From the NCBI RefSeq assembly GCF_009914755.1, contig NC_060935.1: a stretch of 64,000 bases of DNA; one strand, given 5' to 3'. The notes under the pieces are model-generated. The model ran no database searches. It was not told the DNA's origin and worked only from the letters and a program-made list of their open reading frames with translations. Source of the stretch: the human T2T-CHM13v2.0 reference genome, Homo sapiens. Of the stretch, positions 39,207 through 51,984 are shown piece after piece. Made by a program: the position numbers and the translations under genes. Each line of letters starts with the position of its first letter. Position 1 is the first letter of the stretch.

Positions 39207-39405
39207 GTGTGAATTGTGGAAAAGTTCAAGCTTTGGAGACAGATGAATTGTATGGGATAACATATGCTTTGCCACTTAGCTAGCTATGGCAGTTTGCTAT
39301 GCCTTCTAATACTCAGTGTCCTCAACTATAAAATGGGAGGATTATGCATGATAAGGAATGTCAAGTTTCTACATAATACAGTGCCTGCCACTAAGCAAGT
39401 GCCAA
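39207..39405 (+). mobile_element. MIR
   Basis: GCTTTGGAGACAGA..TGCCACTTAGCTAGCT..CTCAGTGTCCTCAACTATAAAATGGG..ACAGTGCCTGCCAC. Confidence 0.75.
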
Positions 39406-39499
39406 AGTAAACAAACAGCAAAGTTTATGACCACTTCCCCATATTCTAATTCTTAGAAAATGTCATCAACTATGCAGAGGGCAGAGATCTTGCCACCAT

Positions 39500-39605
39500 C
39501 ATCACCTACCTGAGCACAACAGCACTGCACAGCCTCAGGGATGGTATTCAAACTGCAGTCAATGTGAATTGCACCCTCTGGAGATGTAAATAGACCAGTC
39601 ACTGT
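39500..39605. mobile_element. MER91-like palindromic MITE (hAT-Tip100)
   Basis: GCACTGCACAGCCTCAGGG..ATTCA..GTCAATGTGAATTGCACCCTCTGGAG. Confidence 0.6.
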
Positions 39606-40194
39606 ATGTGATGACTTTACTCATTTTCTAGAGCTTGGGATATGCTTGTCGGTTTGTTGAATGGATAACGAAACTAAGTGAATTTCTAAGAAGTTGAGAG
39701 GTTTGTTTTATATTAAAAAAAATTTGTCTTACAAATTATTGTAATTATTTATTTCTGGGTTAAGTGGTTGCTTCTGTTTTAATCCTCTAACAAGCTGAAT
39801 GAATGTTGAAACCATGCTGTGCCAAGAAGGGCTAATTGGTTGTTTTAGCTTATTAGGGCTGGAAGTGTTAAAAACAGAGCCTGACAGCAATGAAATTAGT
39901 GACAATACTAAGCCAGAGTTATATGGACTGTAGCTAATGAAGGGCATGTATCATTCCCAATTTTTAAATAGTATCTTTTACTTACAGTTGATTGAGTTGT
40001 TCAGTAGGGCTGGAGTGGGGGGAGGGGTGTGGCTGGAGAAAGTTATGTAAATTTCTGATGAAATACAAATTGGCAGTGGATTGGCAATATTTGTTTCACA
40101 GTCTTTCTATTGTGGTATTTTCTTACAAATTATTGTTATTGTTATATCCCAATTAATGACTTCTCCCTGTAACTCAACAGAGGTCTTTTAATTA

Positions 40195-40385
40195 ATTTCA
40201 TTAATTCAAAAAATGTTCAGCAAACACCATGTATCTAGCATGGTGGTCTTCACCAAATGTATGATAGTGAAAAAAAGGAGTCTCCGTCTGCAAGGCATTC
40301 AGTTTAAGGAAGGAGACAGAAAACTAAATAAAGTAGGAGAAGTGCTATAGTCAAGGTAAATCCAAGGTGCTGGGGAAACAGACAT
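40195..40385 (-). mobile_element. L2 3' fragment
   Basis: TTCATTAATTCAAAAAATGTTCAGCAAACACC..GGAGACAGA..AAGTGCTATAG. Confidence 0.55.
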
Positions 40386-41474
40386 GTCTAGTGTTAAAAA
40401 ATTGTTAGAGGTGATTTAGTGCAGCCCTCTATTTACTTATAAATTCCCCGGATACAAGGCTGCAGAACCGTGACTCCATTGACTGGTACGGTGGTTTGGT
40501 TCAAATGCTCTTTTTGGTGAAACTTGAACAATTAGTCATCTGGTCTCCTTTGACAGAAAGGAAATTACTTCAAAGAAAAGTATTTTGAAAAAACGTAAGT
40601 CAAAAAAAATCTGGGAAAAAGGTTATCCCCAAAATGATGTATCAACTGCAGGTCATAATTTAGATAAATATTAATTTTCATGCAGTGTGCATGCAAGCCC
40701 TGGGATTTTAGAAATTTTAGCTTAAAGTGAAAAACAAGATATTTCAGTGTTAATGGTAGCACATAATAAGAATTTTCATACATAATGTCACACTCAAAAA
40801 ATTTTTTAAAAACCTCTAGTGTTGTCATAAAAAGAGCAAGCTTCTACAGCTCAAATTCTGGCCATTTCAGAACTTGAACAACATGTAGAGCCTTCCTAAT
40901 TGTCAGAATCCTAGTCTGAAAAGGGCCATGATAATGCTTACATAATTGAGTTGTGGAAAGGATTAAATAAGATTACGATGAAAAAGTACCTTGTTGAATG
41001 CCTGATAAATTGAAAGCAGTCAATCAAAGGCAGCTGAAAAGAAATGGCTGCTTCACTGGTTAACTGTCAGGTCTTGTGGTTACATAAGAAAATATGGGCA
41101 AGATAGACATTTTCTCTCTTGGGTTGAAATAAAATTTTGATATATTTCCTATTTCCTACTTGAATTTTACTTTCATGAGGACAGAGAACCTGGGAATTCT
41201 CAGTATTCCTGCCCTTTGCTGTCCATGTGAAGGCAGCACTGCTCCCAATTGCACTGTTACAGAATCACAGCTTCTCGGAAGCATGGATAGCAGGGCCCTT
41301 CTTTCAGGCATCTTCTTCTCATTCTTTCCTAGCTCTCTTCCTTATTGCCTGGAAATTATAATTGTGTCTTTCATCAGAAAGAGCATGCAAAGCTGAATAA
41401 GAAGAACTTTTGTTTACACTTAGGGGGAGATCCAAGCTCTGTATTATTCATTGAGGTTTTTTTTTTTTTTCCGC

Positions 41475-41750
41475 CTAATAAATATTCATAGAGTACCTAC
41501 TGTGTGCTAGACACTGCTATAAGCTCAGGGGATACATGGGCGGACAACATACCTCAGATTCCTTTACAGAGTTTATGGTATTGTGGAAGAGAGGTGAAAC
41601 AAACAAATATATAGAAGATAACTTCTACTAGTGAAGAATTTTGACAATAATTCAATGACCAGTGCTCTAATTTCACTCTAAAGAGGCTACCCAGAGAACT
41701 GGGAAGAAGAATGGGCTCTGTACATCCTTGTTGTAGAAGGAAGCTATAGG
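41475..41750 (-). mobile_element. L2 3' fragment
   Basis: AAATATTCATAGAGTACCTACTGTGTGCTAGACACTGCTATAAGCTCAGGGGATAC. Confidence 0.7.
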
Positions 41751-42832
41751 AATAAGAACAGAATTCAGGATTAAAATCATTTGCTCTTCGTCGCTGTTGC
41801 AAGCAGCTTTGTTAAAAACTCCCCAATTGAAACTAATTTCATATCAAGAAATTATAGCACCTTTGGATTTTTAATGGGCTTTATGTAGCATGACATTGAC
41901 TTATGACAATCTTGATGTTTGAAAACAATTTGCCATTTTATGACTTTTTTGCATTTCTGGATGACACCGCATTGCATGTTTCAAAATATTATGAGCTTTA
42001 TAAATATACATTTAGGGGTAATTTCTGCAATATTTTCTTAGTCCAGTTAAGTTAGATCAGAGTGTTGTTTGCTTTGTAAGTTTAATTTAGAAATTTGAGT
42101 AAATGTTTTGGTTTCTCTGAATCCAATTCACTGCCTATTAACTTTGCCTTTGGAAATATGGCTTTTACTAGGAAAAAAAAAATAGCTGTCTTACAAATCT
42201 TGCAAATAAATCAAAAACAACTTATCATAGATTTTACATGCATCACAAATTTTCAGAGTCAAATTTTGTGGTAATGTCAACCTGAAAAGAACTGCAGCTG
42301 TCTATTCAGGTGTGTTCAATCTCTACTTGATAGGAATAATTACCTTCTACCCTCACTAGGTAATTGCCTTTTGATTGAGGTCATCAGAGCAATCAAGTCA
42401 GTGAGAGGCGGAAATCTAGAGTAGGAAAGGAGACAAAGGGAAGAATCATGAACAGAACTTTGAAAGGAGAACAAGAAAGAAGAGGTTTAATTTGTTTTTA
42501 ACATTTAACTGTTCAGTAATAATTTAAATAGTGGCAGTCATAAAATCATCATAATATGCAACCTGGGTTAATTAGCTTGATATTTTTGTTTTTTGAAGTG
42601 AAAAGCTTGATATTTTTGTTTTTTAAGCATTTGATTAGTATCATTACACATTCCTATGAATGACAACTCACTCTCTAATTTAGTCTCCAAATAGTCTTTG
42701 CATACACATTATATCAGGGGAATCGTTTAGGTACTGGGACAGGTAGAGGTGGGAACAAAATAAAGAAAATGTATGTCCTAACAGGGTTTACATCCTGATT
42801 ATTGAAAAACAAAAGCGATTCATGTTACTTTA

Positions 42833-42836
<4 letters not shown>

Positions 42837-42877
<41 letters not shown>
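42837..42877. repeat. (TA)20 microsatellite
   Basis: Pure TA run of about 41 bp. Confidence 0.97.
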
Positions 42878-42879
<2 letters not shown>

Positions 42880-42880
42880 G

Positions 42881-42944
42881 TATTTTAATTATACTTTAAG
42901 TTCTAGGGTACATGTGCACAACGTGCAGGTTTGTTACGTATGTA
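42881..42944 (-). mobile_element. Extremely truncated L1PA 3' terminus (~65 bp)
   Basis: ATTATACTTTAAGTTCTAGGGTACATGTGCACAACGTGCAGGTTTGTTAC is the L1PA 3' end. Confidence 0.9.
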
Positions 42945-43217
42945 AAACAAAGAGAGTGTAGAAGCAAAGGGAATAGAGAGGGTTTTTTATTAATGAAACA
43001 GGGAAGAATAAATATTTGATAAATTGACAGTCTTCTTAAGTGAGACATCCTGGGGATGAGTTTGCAGGAAGACAAAACAGTAGTGTAAAATGTTTGGAAT
43101 GTTCAAAGAACTTAAAGGAAGCCAGTGTGGCTAAGAGTAGTTTGAACAAGGGGTAAGTTTGAGATTTTTGCAGACTAATAAGTGCATCTTCTAAACTTCC
43201 AATTTAAGACTTGCAGA

Positions 43218-43935
43218 TGTTGGGGAAATATAATTAAAAACAAAATCTTCTCCTAACCCAGAAATCCTCTCTACAAAGATAATAGAGGAAGAAAACATTT
43301 TCGTTATTGAATAAGCATGTAAATAGAATGTGATGCAATCACAGGAAATACACTAAGAGACTGCAGGTACAGCAAAATACAGCAGAGAGAGAAATCCCAC
43401 CTTTACGTAGAGCCAAGCAGATACATATCATTACATATGTCTTTTCAAGATGAACAATAAGTAGTCCTAAAGAGGACTTGACAGGACTATTTGTCACATA
43501 TACTTCATTTTAACTTTACCTGGTGATTGGAGTGACTATCTGTGTTAGCTATGGTTTTTACTCAGAGGAAAAAGCAGCTTCTATCTTTATGACAGGAGTT
43601 AGTCTTGCAGTTTGCAGCAAGGTGCCCACTGAAGTGAGGCTTCCACCCTCGAGCAGAAACTGAGAGATAGGAACCTTATTTTCCATGATGTTTACATTTC
43701 AAAGAGATGGCTCCTTGGTCGTTGAGAAAGACATTCCTTGGTCATAAAGCTGACAAAAGCTTTATTTAGTTTCTAAAAATATTCATATACATTTCAAAGA
43801 AACAGAAAAAGTACTTACATTTTCAGGTTTCTAAGGTAAACTTACTAACAAAATGGGAACGGAGGAAAATCTATTTCCTATTTTCAACAGTGAGAATTAA
43901 GCCTCTTATTTTTAATCTGTATTTTTTCTCATTCT
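43218..43935 (-). mobile_element. ERV1 MER4-group solo LTR (LTR51-like; subfamily uncertain)
   Basis: Starts TGTTGGGGAAATATAATTAAAAACAAAATC; reverse strand contains GGAGCCATCTCTTTGAAATGTAAACATC and AATAAGAGGCTTAATTCTC. Confidence 0.65.
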
Positions 43936-43949
43936 AGTAATACCTACAT

Positions 43950-44115
43950 TAGTGCTTCTCAAACTTTAATGTGCATAGGAATTGCTTGGTGATCCATTTA
44001 AAATGCAGATTCTGTTTTGATGACTGTGAAGTGAGATCTGAATCTCTGAATTCACAACAGGTTCCCTGGTGATGCCAATGCCATTTGTCCACAGTACAGG
44101 CTTTGAGTGACAAGG
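43950..44115. mobile_element. MER5B-like MITE
   Basis: AGTGCTTCTCAAACTTTAATGTGCAT..AAAATGCAGATTCTG..GGTGATGCCAATGC..CTTTGAGTGACAAGG. Confidence 0.75.
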
Positions 44116-44274
44116 TTAGATAAGGAGCTGAGAGAGAGGCAGCATAAGACTAGTGATTTCGACTAGGGTGGGTATGGGGTGGGGGAGCGGTGGTGTATGA
44201 TCAAGTATTATAAGGCCTTGTAGACCATTTAAAGGACGTTTAGGTTTGAATGATATTAAAACCTTAGAGTATAA

Positions 44275-44641
44275 CAGTTCCCTTTTATTTGTGGGTCATA
44301 AGTTCCAAGAACCCCATTAGGTGTCTGAAACTTTGGCAAATATCTAACACTGTGGACACAGTAAGTACTGTGTTTTTTCCTATACGTACATACATACATA
44401 CATATGATACAGCTTAATTTATAAATTAGGCACAGTAAAAGATGTATAACAATAACCTAATAATAAAATAGAACAATTTTAACAATATGGCAACATCAAT
44501 ACTCTTGTACTTTGGTGCCATTATTAAGTATAATAAGGATTACCTGAAGACAAGCACTACAATCTAAACAGTGGGTCTGATAACCAAGACCTCTACAAGT
44601 GACTAATGGGTGGGTAGCATAAGTGGAAATGCAGGACAAAG
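44275..44641. mobile_element. MER44 (Tigger7 family), cut off at the right end
   Basis: TTCCAAGAACCCC..TTAATTTATAAATTAGGCACAGTAA..GCCATTATTAAGTA..AAGTGACTAATGGGTGGGTAGC..GGACAAAG. Confidence 0.8.
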
Positions 44642-46233
44642 TGTCGTGGGATCTGGGGGTTGTCGCTTTCCCAGCTGGAAACCTCTGTGGCTGGTGGCAC
44701 CCAGCATGCTGCACTCAGCTCATGCTGCCGGCCTCAACCTCACGCCTGCGAAGGGTGAGCCAGGTGTGGAGCGGCAAGGGGTGTGTAAATGATCACTGGG
44801 TCTGGCCACTGAACACAGCCAGGCATGCCAGCTAAGGCAGGCAGGCAGCTCCTGGCACTGGCACAGTCACGAGCTCCATGTGAGGCTGCAGCTGGGCCAG
44901 ACGTAATGTAAGTGGCATGCACTGTGAGCACTGGGGAACATGGTGGTGCCCACAAGCTTGGAGATGCCAGGAATGGCAGAGCCCCAAAGAGGGTGTCACA
45001 GCCCTGGCTCAGGGAGCTCCTATGTCTGGGCTGCCAGAAGGACTGCAGCTCTTCTCTTATTTTCATCGCCCACAACATGGTAAGCAGGGACATGTTTCAG
45101 CCCTGTTTGTGTTACAGCTCTTTCAGTCGGGCCATTCAATGGGTCCTGAGTTCTTGTTCTATGTCCAGGAAGAATGAGGTACGTGGACAACTGGAGGGTG
45201 AGCAAGGCAGAGAGAAGCGTCACTGAGACAGAACAGCTCAGAGGAAACTCAAAGTGGGTTGCTCCTTTCCACAGGCAGGTTGTCCTGATGAGTGTACAAC
45301 TCTTAGCAGAGAGGAAACCCATAGTGGGTAGCTCCTTTCTATGGGCAGGTTATCCTGATGAATGTCCAGCTGTCCACATAGAGGAGACCTGTAGCAGGTA
45401 GCTCCGTCCCACAGCTGGTAATCCCAATGTCTCTGTGAGTCTGGCTGAGTCTGGGGTTTTTATGAGCTCCTAAGGGAAAAATTGTGTGCTGATTGGTCCA
45501 TGGGTGGCCATAGGCAGACCTGGAAAAACAACCATCTGATTGGCCAAACAGTCATCAATGAAGTCCTCACTCCAGGCCAGGGACTTCACCCAGAACTGGC
45601 AGCCCGGCCCTCAGGCTTCAGGCTGTTTTTGTTTTGGAGGTAGCGTTTCACTGAGGACCCTCCGCTTTCCTTCCAGGAACCTGTCTGTCTCCTGCCATCA
45701 ACATGCCATCCATGGCGCCAAGGTTGTTCGTGCTGAGAGATGCCTGCAGGCCCAGGCCAAGACACCCACACCACCCCTTGCCTCTCTGCTGTGCTATGTG
45801 GTGCCCAAAGTTTGTAGAGGGACAAGGTGGTGGGGTGGGGGTAGGGGGCTGGCATATCAGCACCACCCCAAATGTGTGCACACTCCCCGGTTTGCAACAG
45901 TGCACACGCCCAGCCACAACTTTGCTGTGCACTGGAGCAGGTGCCAGGAGCAGAGAAAGAGGCCAGAGAGTGGGAGCAGACACTTAGGAGCTTTCAAGGG
46001 CAGGGGTTGCTTCCTGAGCCTCTGAGAATGCAGGGATGCCCAGGTCTGCAGCCATGGCTGGGTGGCTGCAACTGCACCCTGGAGTGTGGGGCTCCTGCCA
46101 GCTCAGTAGGGGCATGGTTTCCACCTGTTCCTCACCTCTGCCAGATCCATGGGGCACATAGCCCTGGCTACTCCTCCCCCACTGCAGCCAGTGTCTTCAC
46201 AGCGCTGCTCCAGAAAGGTCACTGCTGCCATCA
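44642..46233 (-). mobile_element. MER52 (A/C-like) LTR, ~1.6 kb, GC-rich (ERV1)
   Basis: Reverse begins TGATGGCAGCAGTGACC..CTGGAGCAGCGCTG and ends ..CCCCCAGATCCCACGACA; TG...CA termini. Confidence 0.85.
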
Positions 46234-47800
46234 CAACCATGGTTAGAGATGGAATTGACAAGGAAATTTGGTTATTTATGTGGCAAACAGCAATCTAACA
46301 TAATTATAATTACTACTGATAACATATACTAAGAAATAACAGAATCACAGGAACCTCATACAATTTTGCAACACATATTAATAGCATATTTATAAAAATA
46401 TAATCTAAAAAGAATTAAACACCATTTCATATTTGACAATGCTTCCTGTATGATTTTATTATACCAAAAATCTGACTATTTCTCTTTTGGACTTCAGGGG
46501 GCCTCATATCAAAAAAATTGATGAAGTCAAAAAGACTGAATTTACAATTTGGTTTTTGCCAGTTTGCCAAATAACAGAGGTTTAAAACACTTGATATCAC
46601 AAAATAGGATCACAGGTAACTGTAAAATAAGTCATTCATTTATCCAAAGTGGTAATACAAATATTTCCAAAAAAAGGGCAAAAACTCTGACTCTTTTAGA
46701 AAGGAGACTCACTTTCATAAACAATGAGACCTAATAAAGACATCATGAGGCCAGCTAAATATGTTTCTCAATTCTTATAAACAAATCTATTAAATTTTAA
46801 TCATCTTGACCATAAGACAGAATTTTCGTAAGCCTTTTTATAATCTTTTACAATTTTTTTAATTAAAGAGTGGTTAAAGCTGCCAGAAAACTTCGTTAAT
46901 CTGACACACTGGCACAAATGCTGGTCTTGTATCAGTGCCTTTGATATGAATGTTTAATTTATCGAAAAATACTGAACTAATTTTCTCTGAAAATTAGCCC
47001 TTACAGTCTCCTGCGTCCACGTCTTCCATGTTAGTCCTTGGGCCTGGAGGATTTGAATAGTTCTAATTTGTGGCCTTGTATCTCATGAATGCAAATTATT
47101 TTGATTGTCATATTCTACCAGGTCTGAAGATAAGGCTACTGTAAGTGTTTATGATTTAGAAGGAGTTGGTGTCCTTTTTAGACTCAGGAATCATAGCCCT
47201 GTAACTTAACAGTACAGGGACTCTAAAAGCAATACAGAAAATTACATGGATATAATAATCTTGTATTTTTAAATCTCAGTTTTACTAAGCAAATCAGAAA
47301 CTTAATAACAATGGCATAGAAATTATTTCGATAAAACATAAAATCTGTTTCTTAGGCCAGTTACCGAAAGGCAGAAAAACAAAAACAAAAACCTTCTGCA
47401 GTGAGGTTGCTTTCCTCTGTTAGGGGTCCATTTACATAACCTGCAAGTCAAAACTATTGAAAAGAGTACATGAATTATTTAATCAGACATAGGAAAAGTG
47501 TGTCCTGAATCGTAAGTGAAGGTTTTCAGTTTCATAGAACAATTTAGATATATTAAGAAAAGCCAAGAGTACAGAATGTTACATCAGAAGAAAACATTTT
47601 CTTTAGATCTTGAAGATAAAATATTTTTAGCATTAGGCCACAACAACAGTTAGAACCTGAGGGGGGAAATAATTACAAAAACTGATGAAAAACTTGAAGG
47701 AAAGAGTTATTATCTCAGGCCTTCTCAAAGGGGAGAGAAAGCCGGAAACAGCAAGACATAATAGAAGTTAAGCTTTTGGATTAAAAGTGAAAATTTCTTG

Positions 47801-48119
<319 letters not shown>

Positions 48120-48592
48120 TTATAATTCTATTAAGAACAAATGAATACTTTAAGGAAATTTTGGTTTTTTAAACAATTATTTTGTGTATCAGTGTATTTT
48201 TAATATCAAACCCAATCTCTAGAAAGACTATTATTAATAATTTCCTTTTAATTTTAGCCAACTTAATCACGTAAAACTTTTCCATACATTTTCTTTTTAC
48301 AAACCTTATTAAGACTTATAGAAATTTGTGAGATGCTTAGACTTCCTCTTTTAGCCTAATTATTCCTCTTTCTTAAATAAACAGTCATTTTATTTCAGGC
48401 CAATAATTTACTGTACAAAATTTGTTCTCATAGAAAATTATTTTCCTTTTAACTTACCAAAATTACCTCTTTATAACTTTCTTTACAACTGCCTTATTTA
48501 CTACTTCCTTTTACCTTGTTTTATAAACAACCTTTGAATTAAACAAAAATTATTTTTCTTTTAATAACTTTTTTAAGAAAAAAAGGCTTTAC

Positions 48593-48903
48593 AGCTGAAT
48601 ACAGTGGCTCACGTTTTTAATCCCAGCACTTCGGAGGGCCAAGGTGGGTGGATCACTTGAGCTCAGGAGTTGAAGACCAGCCCGGGCAATATGGTGAAAC
48701 CTCATCTCTACAAAAACATACAAAAATTAGCTGGGCTTCGTGGCATGTCCCTGTAGTCCCACCTATTTGGGAGGTTAAGGTGAGAGATCTCTTGAACTTG
48801 GGAGGAGGAGGCTTTGGTGAGCCAAGATTGTGTCACTCCCCTCCAGCCTGGACAAGAGAGTGAGACCCTGTCTCAAAAAAAAAAAAAAAAAAGGAAAAAA
48901 AAG
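48593..48903 (+). mobile_element. AluJb-like element in the ERV internal region
   Basis: GGATCACTTGAGCTCAGGAGTTGAAGACCAGCCCGGGCAATATGG; poly-A tail. Confidence 0.9.
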
Positions 48904-50669
48904 ATGTTTCTTTAATATATGTATATATCTTTAATTGAAAATAACCCAGATATTTAATGAATATCTATTATCTAACATAATATAACTTCAAGATTCTAAA
49001 TTATATGTTTATGTATAAGCATTTATTCCATTACATTTCCCTAATTTACTATTTTTAATAGTTTATTTAGATTACTTAGAAAAACTGCAGTATTAGACAA
49101 AGCTAGTCATCATTTAAAGTTATTTTCCTGTTAACAATTGTTTTTAGCCTGTGAATGTCTAGTTGTTTATCTAAACAAGAACTTTAAGGTTCAATAAATC
49201 AGTTTTTTGCCAATAACCCAGGATTTAGCAATTTTCATTAAATCAGTAATACAAAATGCCTTATTTATAAAAAAATTACACAAAGATAATTCTGTTTTGA
49301 GCTGCATTTATAGCATTAAAATCTTCATGCCAAATTTTGACAGCTTATAATATCTAGCAGATATAATTATAAAACCTCTGGAAAAATAAATCTAATGTAT
49401 AATAATGTATGTGTATAATTCTGAGGACATTTCTAATTTTATTTTACCAATAATTCTAAAGCCACCTTATTTATTAAAGATTTGCTTAAGTCATGTGAAC
49501 TTGAAAAAGCATTTGGGCTTAAAGTTTCTGTTTTTCTGATATAGTATTTAAGTGCTTTTTTATTTAAGCCAATTAATTAGAGCTCTTTTATATATTTTTG
49601 ATAGTGAGACATTATATATATGACACATAAATACATACAGGTATAGACACATAGACAGAAGTAGATCTGATAGACTCATAAGACTTTTATTCCACCCCTA
49701 CTTTAAACTTCACTTTTCTTGATAATCTACTTCATTACCCTAGGCAATTGTCAGAGAGCCCTAAATTTGCATACTAAAGGAACAATTCTTAGGTGAAAAT
49801 CAGATAGCAAAATACACATCTCAAAGGACAGCAAAAGGGAGAGAGAGAGAGTCTGAGTGTGTTAGAGGAAGGTTAAAAATGGATACCATGCCAAACATTA
49901 AATTGTAGAAATCTACCGTACCATAGGATTTTTTTTAAGGAGTACAATTTTACTTATAAAGGCAGTTTTAAATTTAGGCTCTATCTTTTAACTGGACCTC
50001 TGAGCACGGGGCAGAGTCTACACTTAATCCTGGTTCTCCAAAAAGGAGAGATCATGGGAATAGGCCATATAATATTTTTACAGTACACTTTGTTACTAAG
50101 GCATTTCTCTAAGTGTTTAAACTGTACCCTTTCTTATTTTAAACACACTGAGAGTAGCCCCCGCCCCCATAGTAACAACTATTTACTGTAAGCAGCTGCC
50201 ATTTAGCCATCTCTAAAAGCATATTACCTAGCTGTCACACAGACCATGGTAAAAAAAAAAGTTATCATCATGCAAAATAATATTTGATACCCTCAAAAGC
50301 TAAGAATATCAAGTAACTAAATGCAAGGAAGCTGAGCTTTAGACCTGAGAAGAATTCACCAATGACTCTTGAAACTCCACAGAGAAAGCAGAAGACCTCA
50401 AAAGAGGGGTGTGTGGCACCTTTATGCTGTGACTTTTAAGGGGTGTGAGTTATTAGACTCCTTCTCAAGATGTTTTTTCACTTGATACCAAAGATGGTAA
50501 AGGGGAAAGGAGGAATAGGGTAGAAGAAAAGTAAATTAAATAATGATTTTTAAGAAAGAAATGGAACAGAGAAATTAAGCACGTGTTTTCTTTTTTGTTT
50601 AAAAAAACGAAAGGTTTCAGTAAACTAAAAAAAATTCCGAAAAGCAAGATCCGAAAAGAGAAGTGTAAA

Positions 50670-50990
50670 ATCATATATATATATATGTGTGCACGCATGT
50701 GTGTATATACATATACACATATATAAAGGCATTATATACATAAGAACTTTAAATATATTTATAAGGCCTTTATATATATATAAGAGATTTATATATATTT
50801 ATATATTTATAGCTCTCTTTTCTCTCTCTCTATATATATAGCTTGAATACCACCTTTTAATTAAGCTGATTTTAACCATGGGCCTCCTAATGTATACTAT
50901 ATATGTATATACAGACACACACATATGTATATACACACATGGAGAGAGAGCAAGAGAGAGGGTAGCTATCTATATAGAGAGAAAGAGCTT
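50670..50990. repeat. (TA)n/(CT)n/(GA)n compound low-complexity region
   Basis: Direct inspection. Confidence 0.85.
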
Positions 50991-51963
50991 GGATATCAGC
51001 TTTTAATTAAGCTGATTTTAACCATAGGCCTCCAAAACAAAAGGTTGGGGGGGCGGGGAGAAAAAGACAAGGAAGAAAGAAAAATAAAAGAAATCCCTTC
51101 AAATCTCCTACTACATAAATATCAAACCAAACCCAGGCTGCCTTAGTGAAAAGGGCAGAATCTTATCTACCGAACTACGGTGTGAGGTGGCTGTCATTGC
51201 TGTTTCTGGAAGAAAAACTGGAGGTAGCTTGGTTAGTAAAAGGTGGCCTTGCTGTAGATGAAACCCATCAAGTAGCCAAAAAAAAATTTTTGGATCCTTT
51301 TTCCTGGCTGTTTTTTTTTTTTTTTTTTCCTCTCATTTCTTTTTGCAACTGCAGAGTATTTCAGCAATTTTAAAAGGCCTTGTTAGGCATAACTCGGAAC
51401 TCTCATTCGGATTTGACCAAGTCAGGTAGAGTTGGTCAAATCTGATGGGAGAAAGACTGAAACAGCAACAACAACAATGAAAATACAGTTATTTAGAGCT
51501 CTGATGGTAAGGAGAAATTAAGACCAGCTTGTTGTCAGTCTTTACTTTTAGTCATTAAGGAAAACTTTCCAAGACAAAACTCCAAATTCATGTACTTAAT
51601 ATAGAAACGGGGCCCAGACTGAAGACTGCTTTCTACCAACATAGAAGGAGGAAAAAGCTCATACTTACCCTCCCTGTTGAAAGCCAGCTGAAACTCCGGA
51701 AAGGAGCTGCTAGCCATCCACCATCCTGGAAGCAGGAAAACTCACTTTTTTAATGGAAATGAGTAAAATTCTAGAAAAGGAATTGTACATCAAAATAAAC
51801 CTTAGATCTCAATGAAATTTGGGGAGATCAGGAATTCCTTGGAGGGGGGAAACTCCCAGATCTCAGCAAATTGTCATGTTGGTTTGGGCATTGTAGATAG
51901 CCCAGGCTAGTACTAAGAACCAATAGGAGTTTTGTCATGGGTCAGGGTCATCTCCAGTCAGAG

Positions 51964-51982
51964 TCCCTTCCATTGGTCACCA
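51964..51982 (-). promoter_or_regulatory. Degenerate retroviral primer-binding site (tRNA-Arg-like)
   Basis: Minus strand TGGTGACCAATGGAAGGGA just after the LTR end; compare TGGCGACCACGAAGGGA. Confidence 0.6.
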
Positions 51983-51984
51983 AT

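Noticed and set aside
44496-46246. Cluster of long overlapping ORFs (up to 161 aa) and GC-rich, CpG-island-like appearance
   Set aside because: Lies almost entirely within the GC-rich MER52 LTR, where stops are rare; CpGs are largely decayed to TG/CA.
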